Part shown: positions 17,649 to 33,404 of the stretch, piece after piece | Numbering within the stretch: position 1 is the stretch's first letter | Layout of the letters: each line of letters opens with the position of its first letter | Notes under the pieces: model-generated | Database searches by the model: none | What the model was told of the DNA's origin: nothing | Seen by the model: only the letters and a program-made list of their open reading frames with translations | DNA from: the human T2T-CHM13v2.0 reference genome, Homo sapiens | Strand: one strand, 5' to 3' | NCBI RefSeq assembly: GCF_009914755.1 | Contig: NC_060931.1 | DNA: 64,000 nt | Translations under genes and position numbers: made by a program

Positions 17649-18160
17649 TCATTGTTTTTGTGAATTTTTGTCAAAAATCAGAAAATCACATGGTTGTAGG
17701 ATTGTGGCATTATCTCTGGGCTCTCTATTCTGTTCCATTGGTCTATTTTTACGTTTGTTTTTGTAACAATACCATGCTGTTTTGGTTACTGTAGCCTTGT
17801 AGTATAATTTGAAGTCAGATAACCTGATGCCTCTAGCTTTGTTGTTTTTACTTAGGATTATTTTGGCTATTGTATTAGTCAGGGTTATCTAGAGGAACAG
17901 AACTAATAGGATAATATATAAATATAATAAATATATATTATATATTTGTATATAAAGATAAATATATCTTCTATATTTATGTGTCCTATATATTTGTATA
18001 TAATATATAAGCATATAAGATATATTAATATTTTATATATTATCCTATTAGTTATAAAGATATATAAATATGTTATATATTTTATATGTACATATATAAA
18101 TATATGTTATATGTTATATTATGTTATGTAATATATGTTATATAAGTGTTATATATGTTA

Positions 18161-19530
<1,370 letters not shown>

Positions 19531-19668
19531 TAAAGATATGTCTTTGTATATCTATCTATAAATATATCTATATATAGATATATATATAAAGGGGAGCTTA
19601 TTAAGGAGTATTAACTCACATGATCACAAGGTCCCACAATAGGCCGTCTGCAAGCTGAGGAGCAAGGA

Positions 19669-20499
19669 GTATCCAACTTCAACCATGGCTAAACGGGATC
19701 CAGTTACATGTCAGGTCACTGCCTCAAAGAATGTAAGCCATAAGCCTTAGCAGCTTCCACATGGTGTTCAGCCTGTGGGTGCACAGAATGTAAGAGTTAA
19801 GGCTTGAGAGCCTCTTCCTAGGTTTCAGAGAATGTTTGAGAAAGCCTGGATGTCCAGGCAGAAGCCTGCTGCAGGGGTGAAGCCCTCACAGAGAACCTCT
19901 ATTAGTACAGAGCAGAGGGGAAATATGAGGATGAAGCCCCCACACAGAGTTTCTACTGGGGCACTGCCTAGTGGAACTGTGAGAACAGGGCTATAATCCT
20001 CCAGACCCCAGCATGGTAGATCCACCAGCAGTTTGCACTATTAGCCTGGAAAAGCTGGAGGTACTAAATGCCAGCCCATGAGAGCTGTCACAGGGATTGA
20101 TCTCTGCAAAGCCACAGGGCAGAGCTGCCCAAGGCCTTAGGGGCCCACCCCTTGCATCACTGTACCCTGAATGTGAGAAATTGAGTAAAAGATTATTTTG
20201 GAGCTTTAAGATTTAATGACTGTTCTGCTGGGTTTCGGACTTTTATGGAATCATAACCCCTTTCTTTTGGCCAATTTCTCCCATTTAGAAAGGGAGAATT
20301 TACCTAATGCCTATACCCTTATTGTATCTTGGAAATAACAAACTTGTTTTTAATTTTGCTGGCTCATAGGCAGAAGTGAATAGCCTTGTCTCAGATGAGA
20401 CTTTGGACTGTAGACTTTTCAGTTAATGCTAGAATGAGTTAAGACTTTGGGGGACTGTTGGGAAGCCAGGATTGTAATTCAGGAGGGATCGGGGTAGGA
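19669..20499 (+). mobile_element. MST/THE1-type MaLR internal fragment
   Basis: gcctggatgtccaggcagaagcctgctgcagggg, aagcccccacacagagt, ttgtctcagatgagactttggac. Confidence 0.88.
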
Positions 20500-20915
20500 T
20501 GATATGGTTTGGCTCTGTGTCCTCACCCAAATCTCATTTTGAAATGCAATTTGCAATGCTAGAGGTGGGGCCTGGTAGGAATTGATTGGATCATGGAGAT
20601 GATTTCTCATAGTTTAACACCATTACCCCTTGGTGCTGTCATTGTGATAGTGAGTTCTCATGAGACCTTGTCATTTAAAAGTGTGTGGCACCTCCCCCTA
20701 CCCCTTGCTCCTGCTCCAGCCATGTAAGACAAGCCTGCTTCCCTTTCACCTTCTGCCATGACTCTAAGTTTTCTGAGGCCTCCCAAACACCAAGCAGATG
20801 GCCAGCATTATGGTTCATGTACTGCCTGCGGAACCATGATTCAATTAAGTCATTTTTCTTTGTAAATTACCCAATCTCAGGTATTTCTCTATAGCAATGG
20901 AAGAATGAACTAAAC
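20500..20915 (+). mobile_element. MSTA/MSTB 3' LTR
   Basis: tgatatggtttggctctgtgtcc...ccttctgccatga...aattacccaatctcaggtatttc. Confidence 0.9.
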
Positions 20916-21694
20916 GATTTTTTTTGTAATTCTCATTTTAAAGATCTTTCACCTCCCTGGTTAGCTATATTTCTAGGCATGTAATTTTTTTATGGCTATT
21001 GTGAATGAGATTGTATTCTTGACTTGGCTCTCAGCTTTAATGTTGTTGGGGCATAGAAAATGCTACCAATTTTTGTACATTGATTTCGTATCTGAAGACT
21101 TTGCTAAAGTTTATAAGATCAAGGAGGTTTTGGGCAGAGACTATGGGGATTTCTAAGTATAGTATCATATCATCTGCAAACAGGAATAGTTTGATGTCTT
21201 CTCTTCCTGTTCAAATGCCTTTTATTTCTTTCTCTTAACTAATTGCTCTGTCTAGGACTTCCAGTATTATGTTGAATAGATTGGTGAAGGAAAGCATTCT
21301 TATCTTCTTCTGGATTTCAAGAAAAATGCTTCCAGCTTTTGCCCATTCAGTATAATATTGGCTGTGAGTTTTTCATAGATGGCTCTTAATATTTTGAAGT
21401 ATGTTCCTTTAATGCCTAGTTTGTTAAGCGTTTTTAACATGAAGGAGTGTTGAGTTTTATCAAAAGCCTTTTCTGAATCTTTTGAGATGATCATGCGGTT
21501 TTTGTTTTTGGTCCTGTTTTTGTGATGATCACACTTATTTATTTGCATATGTTGAACCAACCTTGCATCCCAAAGATAAAGCCTACTTTATCGTGGTGGA
21601 TAAGCTTTTTGATGTGCTGCTGGATTTGGTTTGCTAGTATTTCAGTTAGGATGTTTGCATCTACGCTCATCAAGGATATTGGCCTGAAGTTTTC

Positions 21695-21696
<2 letters not shown>

Positions 21697-21729
<33 letters not shown>
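21697..21729. repeat. (TG)n microsatellite, about 16 units
   Basis: Read directly. Confidence 0.95.
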
Positions 21730-21730
<1 letters not shown>

Positions 21731-23020
21731 TCTGCCAAGTTTTGGTATCAGAGTGATTCTGGTCTCATTGATTAAGTTAGGGAAGATTCCCTCCTCCTCA
21801 ATTTTTTGCAATAGTTTTAGTAAGAACTGTTGCCAGGTCTTCTTTATACATTGGGTAGAATTCAGCTGTGAATCCCTCTGGTCTTGGGCTTTTTCTGGTT
21901 GGTAGGCTTTTTGTTAGTGATTCCATTTTGAAACTCATTATTGGTCTGTTTAGAGATTCAAATTCTTCCTGGTTCAATCTTGAGAGGGTATATATGTCCA
22001 GAAATATTTCTATTTCTTCTAGGTTTTCTAGCTTGTGTGCATGGAAGTGTTCATAGTAGTCTTTGAAGGTTTTTCGTATTTCTGTGGGGTCAGTGGTAAT
22101 GCTTCCTTTGTCATGTCTAATTGTGTTTATTGGGATCTTCTCTTCTCTTTTTTTCATTATTCTAGCTAGTGGTCTATTTATCTTATTAAATCTTTCAAAA
22201 AATCAACTTCTCGATTTGCTGATCTTTTGTGTCTGTTTTTTTTAATCTCGGTTTCCTTTAATTCAGTTCTGATTTTATTTCTTTCTTTTCTAGCTTTGAG
22301 GTTGGTTTGTTCTTATTTCTCTAGTTCCTCTAGTTGTGATATTAAGTTGTTAATTTGAGATCTTTATAACTTTTTTATGTGGATGTTAAGTGCTATAAAC
22401 TTCCCTCTTAACACTGCCTTGGCTATGTTCCAGGGATTCTGGTATAATGTATTTTTGTTCCCATTAGTTTCAAAGAGTTACTTAGTTTCTGCCTTAATTT
22501 CATTATTTATCCAAAAATCATTCAGGAGCAGATTGTTTAATTTCCATGTAATTATATGGTTTTAAGTGAGTTTATAAGTATTGATTTCTATTTTTATTGT
22601 GCTGTGGTCCTGTGGTCTGAGAGTATGGTTAGTATGACTTTGGTTTTTTGTTTGTTTGTTTGTTTTTAATTTGCTGAGGATTGTTTTATGTCCAATTGAG
22701 TGGTCAATTGTATAGTATGTGCCATGTGGTGATGAGAAGAATGTGTATTCTATTTTCTTTGGATGGAGTATTCTGTAAATATTTATTAGGTCCATGTAAT
22801 CAAGTGTCGAGTTCAAATCCTGAATACCTTTATTAGTTTTGTGCCTCAGTGATCTGTCTAATATTGCCCATGGGGGTATTGAAGTCTCCTACTATTATTG
22901 TGTGGTTTTCTAAGAACTTGCTGTATGAATCTCGGTATTCCTGTTTTGGATGCATAGTTTAGGTTAGTTAGATATCCTTATTGAATTAAGCATTTTACCA
23001 TTACATAGTGCCCTTATTTG

Positions 23021-25760
23021 TCTTAAGAAGATTTTTCACCAACCCAATGTCAAAAACTTTTCTTCATTATTTCCTTCTAAAACTTTTATACTTCGAATTC
23101 TTGTGTCTAGATCCATTTTGAGTAAAATTTTTGTGTGGTGCTTGAAATGGTAGTAAGTTAACTTTATTTTAATGGATGTCTTATTGTTTCAGTACCTTTT
23201 GTTGATAAAATAATCATTTCTCCATTGAATCACCTTGACCCCTGTGTCAAAATTCAATTCACCATAAATGTGAGTTTATTTATAGATTCTCTATTTTGCT
23301 ATAATGATCCATATAATCCTTATGACCATACCACACTGTCTTGATTATTGTAGCTTTGTACTAAGTTAGGATCTCACTCTGTCACCTAAGTGACATCTTG
23401 GCTCACTGCAGCCTTGACTTCCCAGGCTCAAGCGATCCTCCCACCTTAGCCTCCCAAGTAGCTGGGACCATGAATGCACCTCACCATGCCAGGCTAGTTT
23501 TTTTTTTTTTTTTTTTTTGGTATTTTTTGTAGAGATGGGGTTTTGCCACCTTGCCCAGGCTGGTCTCAAACTCCTGATCTCAAGAAATCCACCCATGATG
23601 GCCTCCCAAACGCTGGGATTATAGGCATGAGCCACCATGACTGGCCAATGTGCATTCTTTATGTTCTTCTTTTTCAAAATTGTCTGTTTTAAGTTATTTG
23701 AATGTTCATATAAATTCTATGATTAGCTTGTTGATTTATCAAGAAAAAAATGGATGGGACTTGGGTAATGATTTCATTGAGTCTATAGATCCATTAGTGA
23801 GGGGATTGTCATTTTACCATTATTGAAACTTCCAGTCCATGAATATAATACATCTCTGCATTTATTTAGTTTTTTAAAAAATTTTCTCAATAAAATATTG
23901 TTGTTTCAATGTACAGGTCTTGTGATGCTTTTGTTCAATTTATTTTATTCCTTTGATGCAATTGTGAATGCAATTTTCTTAATTTCATTTTTGGATAATT
24001 TTTACTAGTATATATATGTGTATAAGTTTGCATATATTAATCTTGTGTCCAGTGACCTTGCTAAACATATAATAAATAATTGGTTCTAATATTTTTTGGA
24101 TATCTATTTCTTAGGATTTTTTCAAGATTATGTCATGTGTGACTAAAGAAAATTTGGATTTCGTTTTCTCGCCTTGTTTCACTGAGAAGAATCCAATATA
24201 CAATGTTGATAGAAGTGATAAGGGCAGATATCCTTGTATTATTCCCAATTTTATGTAGAACATATTGAGTCTTTCACCATTAAGTATGATGTTGCATATA
24301 GAGTTTTTTTCAGATGCCCATTTGTCAAGTTAAGGAAGTTGCCTTTGACGTTTTTGGAGGTTTTTTGTTTTTTTAATCTTTAATGAGTTTTAGATTTTGT
24401 CAAATGCTTTTTCTGCATCTATTTTAATAGTCACTTTTTGGTCTATTATTCTATTAATATTGTAAATTATATTAATTTACTTCTGGCTGTTACACCAACC
24501 TTGTATTCCTGGGATAAATATCACTTGCTCATGGTATATAATCTTTTTTATGTTTCTGGATTCAGTTTGCTAATTTTTTAAAAAGACATCAACATCTATT
24601 TTTATAAGGGATTTTGAACTGTGTTTTTTTCTTCTGAAATATCTTTGGTATTGGGGTAATATTAGCCTCATAAAATGGATGAAAATTGTTCCTTGCCATT
24701 CTATTTCTGAAAGAGTTTGTGTAGTATTAATATTATTTCTTCCTTAGCAGTCTCTTCTGGGCCTGGACTATTTTTTTATTGGAACATTAGGGTTCTGGGT
24801 CTTTACTTGGCATATATTTATTAATTCCACTTTTCTCTATTTCTCTTTAAGAAAGTTTTGGTAATTTGTGTCTTTCTAGGAATTTGTCCATGTTATCTAG
24901 TTTGTTCAATTTGTTGGCGTACCGTTGTTAATGATACTCCCTTAATATTTTCTTTTAATTTCTGTAAGGTCTGTAGTGATGTTCCTCCTGTATTACTGAT
25001 TTTGAAAGTCCATGTCTTCTATTTCTCTTGATCAGTCTAACAAAAGTTTATTAAGTTTGTTGGTTCTTTTCAAAGAATCATCTTTTGGTTTGATTGGCTT
25101 TATCTGTTTTCTCCTTTCTTAGCTATATTTTCACCTTATTATATAATTCTTTCTACTTACTTTGGGTTTATTTGCTCTTTTTTTCCCCTAGCTTCTTGTT
25201 ATGAAAGCCTGCAGCTGTCATTACACATATGTTTATTTGCTTTATGGAATATAAAACATTTCTGAGACTCTGTTCATTTTTTTCAGCTTTTTTCATTGTT
25301 TTTTAGTTGAATTATTTCTATTGATCTACTTTCCAGTCCTGTTTTTATCTTCTGTGATTTCAAATATGCTATTGAACCCATCTTGTGAATTTTTCATTAC
25401 AGTTATTATACTTTTAAGCTCTAAATTATACTTTGGTTTTTCTTCATACTTTCTATTTCTCTATTGAGATTCTCTATGTATAGAGTCATAATCATCACCT
25501 TTTCTTTTTATTTTTGAACACAGTTTTCTTTACTCCTTTGCAAATATTTGTAATGAACACTTCGAAGTTTCCCACTGTATTTATCTGAAACATTACCAGA
25601 TTTTCAAGAATAAACAATTCTTGATTTGTTGTCTGCCTTTGGTTAAACTTAAGACCATACATAGTTACTTTTGTCAGCTTTTTCCAACTTTATTCTAATT
25701 TTTTTATGAAGAGGATTTGCTGACCTCTTCATGCTACAACAGTAACAGAAGTTCTAATAT
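23021..25760 (-). mobile_element. Continuation of the old L1M from 14590-16095
   Basis: T-rich antisense L1 ORF2-like motifs (ctttcaccattaagtatgatg, ttgtcaaatgctttttctgcatc). Confidence 0.7.
23368..23646 (-). mobile_element. AluJ
   Basis: gctcactgcagccttgacttcccaggctcaagcgatcctccc. Confidence 0.85.
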
Positions 25761-25990
25761 ATTTCTTACCGGTTAATGTAACTCATGATTTACTCTATGT
25801 TTGATTTGACTCCATTTTTTTGTTATTTTTAATTTTTTCAGGCATCCCCCAAACCAGAATAGGTTTAGAGAGATTCCAAGACTTTTTCTGGTTCAACTTG
25901 ACACTTTAGTCTACCTTATAAGCCTAAAAAAAAAAAAGAAGAAGATCCTTCTCTGTAGTCTTGATTACTAAACAGTAGCATTGACTATAG

Positions 25991-26521
25991 CAGCAGTCCC
26001 CAACCTTTTTGACACCAGAGACTGGTTTTGTGGAAGACAATTTTTTCATGGGCCAGGGTGGGGAGATGGTTTCAAGATGATTCTAGTGCATTATATATAC
26101 TGTACGCTTTATTTCTATTATTATTACATTGTAATGTATAATGAAATAATTATACAATTCACCATAATGTAGAATCAGTGGGAGCCCTGAGCTTGTTTTC
26201 TGGCAACTAGATGGTCTCATCTAGGGGTGATGGGAGACAGTGACAGATCATCAGGCATTAGATTGTCATAAGGAGGGCACAGCCTAGATCCTTCACATGT
26301 GCAGTTTACAATAGGATTTGTACTCCTATAGGGATCTAATACTGTCACTGATCTGACAGAAGGCAGAGCTCAGGTGGTAATGCAAGTGATGGGGAGCAGC
26401 TGTAAATACAGATGAGGCTTCACTTGCTCACCCACCACTTACCTTCTTCTGTGTGGAAAAAACAATTCCTAACAGGCCATGGACTGGTACTGGTCCATAG
26501 CCTGGGGGTTGGGGACCCCTG
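25991..26521 (+). mobile_element. MER1A (hAT-Charlie) non-autonomous DNA transposon
   Basis: TIRs cagcagtccccaacc / ggttggggacccctg; 8-bp TSD gactatag / ggctatag. Confidence 0.92.
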
Positions 26522-27492
26522 GGCTATAGAATAACAATTATATAGCCAAATCAATCCTCTAGTATTTTATCTATAAAAGTGACTGAGTGTTTTCATTGCA
26601 CCCAGGGACTATATTTATATAATGAAGACTCGGAGTTATTTATCCAACTCTGTCATGGTAGTATTATAAATATTAAGTAACAAATGATTGAAAAATGACA
26701 TTGCTAAATATAAACTGGTAGGAGAAGCATTAAATAATTCTTGAAACAGTGCTTATACATCAAGAATGCTCATTTCCTCTAACTCTGCAAAATGTTTAAT
26801 TGAATCTGTTATTTTCTTTCCAGAATTGTATAAAATACATGGTATTTGGTTTTAATCATACAATTTAACTTCTTGGACCACCAACTGAGGAGATAAACTC
26901 TTTGGAAATATGATAAAGAGGAAACAGAAAAACACAATGGAGGTAATAATCAGCAGCATGGCATATTTAGGAACCCATTGCAGAGTTCTATTTTATTACT
27001 GTGCCATGGATCACTGTCCTTTTAAAAAACATTTATAGAGACATTTAATAAATTATTTGAATTAGGAGGATTCTATATTATCATCCGTCATCCCTAGTGG
27101 GCCCTACTGAAACCCCTGTACTACAACTATAACAAATTACTTTCTCCTCAAATAATACAGAATCTTATTTAAAATTATGTGTGTTCGTATCTTTTTATAT
27201 CATAAACAACTTCCTGATGGACGGGAACAAATGCTGTCAAACCTACTTTTCTAAAGCATCTAACACAGTGCCATATAAAATTGAGTGCTTTATTCTTTTC
27301 TGATAATGATACATTTAACAATACCTTCCTGTAGAAACGTAAGCACATATATATAGATGAGTTACTTTATCCGCAACAGCGTCATTATGAAGCACACAAA
27401 GAATTCTGGGTGAGAGAATCTGACGTTGTTTCTAATTGGTAATCGAGATTATAGCTGAGATTCAGCCTGGGGATGTTAAATAAAATACGTGA

Positions 27493-27845
<353 letters not shown>

Positions 27846-28299
27846 GAGGTTTTTCTTTTAGTCAAATATAAGGACAGAGTAGGGATACAGTCAAGCAGAA
27901 TGAAACTAAGATACAATTCATGGCAAAAACAAACAAACAAACAAACAAAACAACTAGATGATATACAAGGCAAAACTGAGTCCAGGATTCAGACAAGGAT
28001 CAGCCATCAGCAAGTGAAAGGCTGTAGGTGGAGATACAGGCAGTGGATGATTTGGGAGATTTGACAGCGTGTGCCAGAGTCTTTAGTAACTGAGATTTAG
28101 GGCCAGGAAAATTAGCCCCTGGGGATATTCTTAGACTAAGGTGATTGGAATTAGCCAGGGGCTTTGTTAATTGAGGAATTATGGAACAGGACGAATGAGG
28201 TTTGTGATGAGAATAATTTGATCTGAGCCAAGTATCAGATTTTTGTTTTAATTCTAAGCTCCAGTGATTTTATTGAAGACATATCTGGTTTTTTATTTT

Positions 28300-30797
28300 T
28301 TTAAAGACTTTTTAAATATAAAGTAGTTTTAGGTTTATGGCAAAATTAAGAGGAAGGTGCAGAAATTTTCCATATATCCCCTGCCCCAATATATGTATAG
28401 CCATCCCAATTATCAACATCCTCCACCAGAGTAGTGCCTTTGTTACAACTGATGAATCTACATTGACACATTATCACTGAAAGACCATATTTACATTAGG
28501 GCTCACTCTTGGTATTGGTGTTGTACATTTTATGAGCATGAACAAATATATAATGACATGTATCCACCATTATATAATCATGCAGAACATTTTCACTGCC
28601 CCAAGAATACTCTGTGTTTCACCTATTAGCCCCTTCCTCCTCTTGTAGCCCCCAGAAACTATTGATCTTTATACTGCCTAGGTAGTTTTGACTTCTACAA
28701 AATGTCATATAGTTGGAATCATACAATATGTAGCCTTTTCAGATTGGCTCCTTTTACTTAGTAATATGCATTTAAATTTCCATTATTTTCATGAGTTAAT
28801 AGGTCACTTCTTTTTAGTACTGAATAATGTTCAATTGTGTGGATGCAATGCAATTTATTTGCCCATTCACCTACTGAAGGTTTCTTCCAAGTTTTGGCAG
28901 TTATAGATTAAGGTGCTATAAACAACCCTGTACAGGTTTTTGCATGGGCATGTTTTCAACTCCTTTGGGTAAATACCAAGGAGTGCTATTGCTAGATCAT
29001 ATTATAAAAGTGGGTTTAGCTTTGCAAAAGCTGACAAACTGTATTCCAAAGTAGCTGTACAATTTTGCATTCCCACAATCAATGAATGACAGTTTCTGTT
29101 GCTTCATGTTTTTTTGTCAGCATTTGGTGTTGTCAGTGTTCTGAATTTTGGCCTTTCTAGTACTGGAGGTGTATAGTGACATCTCACTGTTGTTTTAACT
29201 TGCATTTCCCTGCTGATATATGACATGGAGCATCTTTTCGTATGTGTCTCTGTGCATCTTCTTTGGTGAAGTACCTGTTAAGGTCCCTGGCCTCCTTTTT
29301 AATTAGGTTGTTTGTTTCCTTATTGTTGAGTTTTAAGAATTCTTTGTATATTTTGCATAATAGTCATTGATTGTCTTTTGGAAGTATTTTCTTCCATTTT
29401 GTGACTTCTTTTTTATTTTCTTGACACTATATGTCTCAGAGCAGAAAATTTTAATTTCAAAGAACTTCAGCTTATCAATTGTTTCTTTCGTGAATCTTGC
29501 CTTTGCTATTGTATCTAAAAAAGCCATCACCAAATCTATATCTACATTTTTCTCCTGTTATCTTATAGGATTTTTAGAGTTTTGCATTTTATATTTAAGT
29601 CTTTGAGTTAATTTTTGTAAAGGATGAAAAGGTCTGTGTCTATATTCTTTTTTTTTTTTTACATGTGGACATGCACTTGTTCCAGCACCATTCATTGAAA
29701 AGATTATCTTTGCTTCATTATATTTCTTTTTCTCTTTCATCAAAGATCAATTGGCTGTATTTTTGTGGATCTACCTCTGAGTTCTCCATTTTAATCCATT
29801 GATTGATTTTTCTATTCTTTCACCAATACCACAATGTCCCACTATATGTAGTTTTATAGTAAATCTCGAGGTAAGGCAGCGTCAGTCACCAATGTTGTTC
29901 TTCAATATTGTGTTGAATATTCTGGGTTTTAGCTTCTCTGTATAAACTTTAAAATCAGTTTGTCAATATCCAAATATATATATTCTGGGATTTTGATTGG
30001 AACTGCATTCTATCTATAGATCGAGCTGGGAAAAGCTGACGTCTTGACAGTACTCATATTAAGCCTTTCTATTCACAAACATGGAATATCTCTCCATTTA
30101 TTTAATTTTTTGATTTCTTTCATCAGTTTTATAGTTTTTCTCATATAAACCTTATACATATGTTGTTAGATTTATGCCTAAATATTTTATTTTCTTGGAT
30201 ACTAATGTAAATGGTAGCATGTTCTTAATTTTAAATTCTACTTGTTCAATGCTATCATATAGAGAAGAATCAACTTTTTTTTTTTTTTTTTTTTTTTTGA
30301 CAGAGTCTTGCTCTGTCACCCAGGCTGGAGTGCAGTGGCATAGTGCACTGGAGTGCACTGGAGTGCAGTGATCTCGGCTCACTGCAACCTCCGCCTCCAG
30401 GGTTCAAACGATTCTCCTGCCTCAGCCTCCCATGTAGCTGGGATTACAGGCACATGCCACCATGCCCGGCTAAGTTTTGTATTTTTAGTAAAGACCGGGT
30501 TTCGCCATGTTGGCCAGGCTGGTCTTGAACTCCTGACCTCAGGTGATCCACCCACCTCGGCCTCCTAAAGTGCTGGGATTACAGGTGTGAACCACTGCAC
30601 CTGGCCGCAGTTGACTTTTATATATTAATCTTGTATCCTGTAACCTTGCTAGATTCACTTATTAGTTCCAGGAGGTTTTGTAGTTGTTGATTCCTTTGGA
30701 TTTTCTACATAAATAATCATGTCATCAGTGAACAAAGTTTTACTTTTTCCTTCCCAATCAATATACCTTTTCTTTTCTTTTTTTTTTTGTTTGTTGC
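28300..30797 (-). mobile_element. L1MC-type LINE-1, 3' end to RT region
   Basis: Same 3' end family as 85-1805; antisense RT motif LFTDDMIIYVENPK near 30700. Confidence 0.82.
30275..30606 (-). mobile_element. AluS with internal ctggagtgca repeat expansion
   Basis: Antisense Alu with extra ctggagtgca copies near 30342-30369. Confidence 0.92.
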
Positions 30798-32105
30798 AGT
30801 AGGTAGAGTTTCCTTCACTTTTAAAGGATAATTTCACCAGGTACAAAATTCTACGTTGTTGCTTTTTTCTCTTAACACTTTATTTCACTCCATTCTCATC
30901 TTACTTGAATGATTTCTGAGAAGCAAGGTGTCATTTTTAGCTGTGATTCTGTATAGGTAAGGTGTTTTTTCCCCTCTGGCTTCTTTCAGGATTTTTCCTT
31001 TACCTTTGATTTTCTGTAATTTGAATATGATATGTCTGGGTGTAGGTTTTTTTGACATTTATTCTCCTTGGTGTTCTATGTACTTTCTGTATCTATGGAT
31101 TGATATCTGACATTAATTTGGGGGAAATTCTCAGTTGTTATTGTTTCAAGTATTTCTTCTGTTCCTTTCTTCTAATTTTGGTATTCCCATTAAACATGTG
31201 TTATACCATTTGTTGTTGTCCCACAGTTCTGGGATATTCTGTTCTTTTTTCTTTTTCAGTCTTTTGCTCTTTGTTTTTCAGTTTTGGAGGTTTCTATTGA
31301 GACATCCTCAAACACAGAGATTCTTTCTTCTACTGTGTCTAATCTACTAATAAGCCCATCAAAAGTATTCATTTCTGTTACAGTACTTTTTTTTAAAATC
31401 TCTAGCATTTCTTTTTGGTTATTTCTTTGAATTTCTATCTCTGCATACGTTGCCCATCTGGTTCTTGCATTCTGTCTACTTTATTCATTAGAACCCTTAG
31501 TATATTAATCATTGTTGTTTTAAATTCCCTGTGTGATAATTACAACATTTTTGCATATATGAATCTTGTTCTGAAACTTGCTCTGTCTCCTCACACTGGG
31601 TTTTTCTGTTCTGTAGGTTTTTGCTTGTTTGTTTGTTTTAGGGCAGACCTTGTTGAGAAGAACAGAATGCTCTGGCATATTTCAAACTACTCCTTTTCTC
31701 CTCTCCATTTCAGAAGCATGATGGAATCTTTTTTTCTCATATATGTTCTGAGAATTAAGTTGAACCCCTGGAGGCAAAACTTACAAATTTGTTGGGGCCC
31801 TTCTATGATAGTCTCCCTGTAGTTTTTAATTCCCAGAGTTATCCACATTGAGTCCCCAGCAATTTTCTATTACAATTTAGGCTTCCCAAACCCAGCACTG
31901 AATCCCATGAAGATTGTTGCTTGTGGTTTTCTGCTGTGGTAAATTTTCATTCTCATATTTGACTATCTCTCTCTTCAACTTTTGGGGCAGCAATTTTCTC
32001 TGCATCCTCACTTCTCTTACAGATCTTTGATTTTTCAATTTGTCCAGCATTTTACTTGGTAGGATAGAGTGGCAGGTTCTGAGCTGCTTGCTGCTGGGCT
32101 GAAAC
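30798..32105 (-). mobile_element. L1M ORF1/5' region fragment
   Basis: Antisense ORF1 motif YLVKLSFKSEG; T-rich ORF1-like sequence. Confidence 0.65.
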
Positions 32106-33404
32106 CAGAAATACTTTCAAGTAGGTTCGCTTTAAGTAGTTTGAAGGCGAATTTGTTGGCCCAGTCAACCAAGCAGGTTAGGTTATAAGCACTATAATCT
32201 AATTTTCTCCACATTTTCTAAGTTCAGTCTACTTCATAGTATTCAGTTCATCTTTCCAGCCAGTGTCATATATGTTGTATTTCAAAGAGTATTTTTGGCA
32301 TTACTCGATCTCATTATACCAGGATCTTAAAGTAAAACTTAGGTCATTTATCCCACTAAATACCACATATTTTTGTGTTAATGCCGATAGGATATCCAGT
32401 CATTTCATTAAAGGGTAAAAGGGACTTTGGGAAAATATATTTGAGGCTAAATGTATAAACCTAATTGTCTTATAAAAGCTTTTATATCAATTTATCTTAC
32501 TTAAATGTGAAATTTCACTTGTTTAGATAGCATTTTTTCATTCCTCCTTGTTTTGGCTTAAAAACTGGTTCATTTTTAAAAGCATCCTGCATCTTAAAAT
32601 TTTAAAAATTTGTGGTAAAATTGTTTAAGAGATTTAATTTTAAATTTCTAAAATATTAGAGTACATATTAAGATTCTGAAAGAACTAATTGTTTGCCATA
32701 TTTTTAGAAAAATAGAATTGAAACTTTAATAACGATAACATCATTTGTTCTCGTCATCTCCTTTTTGCTTGTGTTTGCCAATCTTTTGGACCTTTCCTTT
32801 ATGATTTAAAATTGCTTGAGGTGTCTAAAGAATATGGTTGCTTCATCAAGATTAATAAATATGACTGAATTCAAGGGACCACTGGTTTACTTGGCTCCAT
32901 TAATGGAGTTAAGATTCACTCATTTAGTCCATTCATGGAATTGGGGCAGATTTAGCAGAACTATAAACCCTTATGAGGAAGATTATGAAATGACCATGAA
33001 AATGAAACAGCTTCTACAAAAAGGCAGAACAAAAAATCTAAAATTTTTAGTATGGAGTGATAAAGCTCAGAGGTCATATTATCAAACTCCCAGCCTTTGA
33101 TATTAACTTCCTTTCCTAAGAAAAGGATCTTCTAAGGACAGGGAAGAAAGAATCCCCTCTTATTTTCTGCACCATCCCGTCAGGCCCTCTAGAATGAAAT
33201 ATTCTTCTGGTGTCCTAGTCAGGCCAGAAAGTGTGAGCTTCTGGGAATGAGGAAAAGAGATTGTTCTTAACTCCACAAGAGGAAAGCTCATAGTTTTAGC
33301 CATATGGGTTTCTATTTCAAAGGAGAAAGGCCTCAGGTCATTCTCAGCTTCTCTTGTGGTCCTCAACAAGCTATCCCTGGCCTTCATCTGCCCTTTTTCT
33401 GCAG

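Noticed and set aside
21300-22816. Reverse transcriptase and endonuclease ORFs
   Set aside because: Frameshifted, stop-ridden L1 ORF2 remnants, not an active element
26824-26942. Plus-strand exon-like segment (ttttctttccag...gag|gtaata)
   Set aside because: Stops in all three frames; splice-like motifs are common by chance
32816-33100. 94-aa ORF upstream of the candidate exon
   Set aside because: Non-ATG start, no splice signals or codon bias, no recognisable domain
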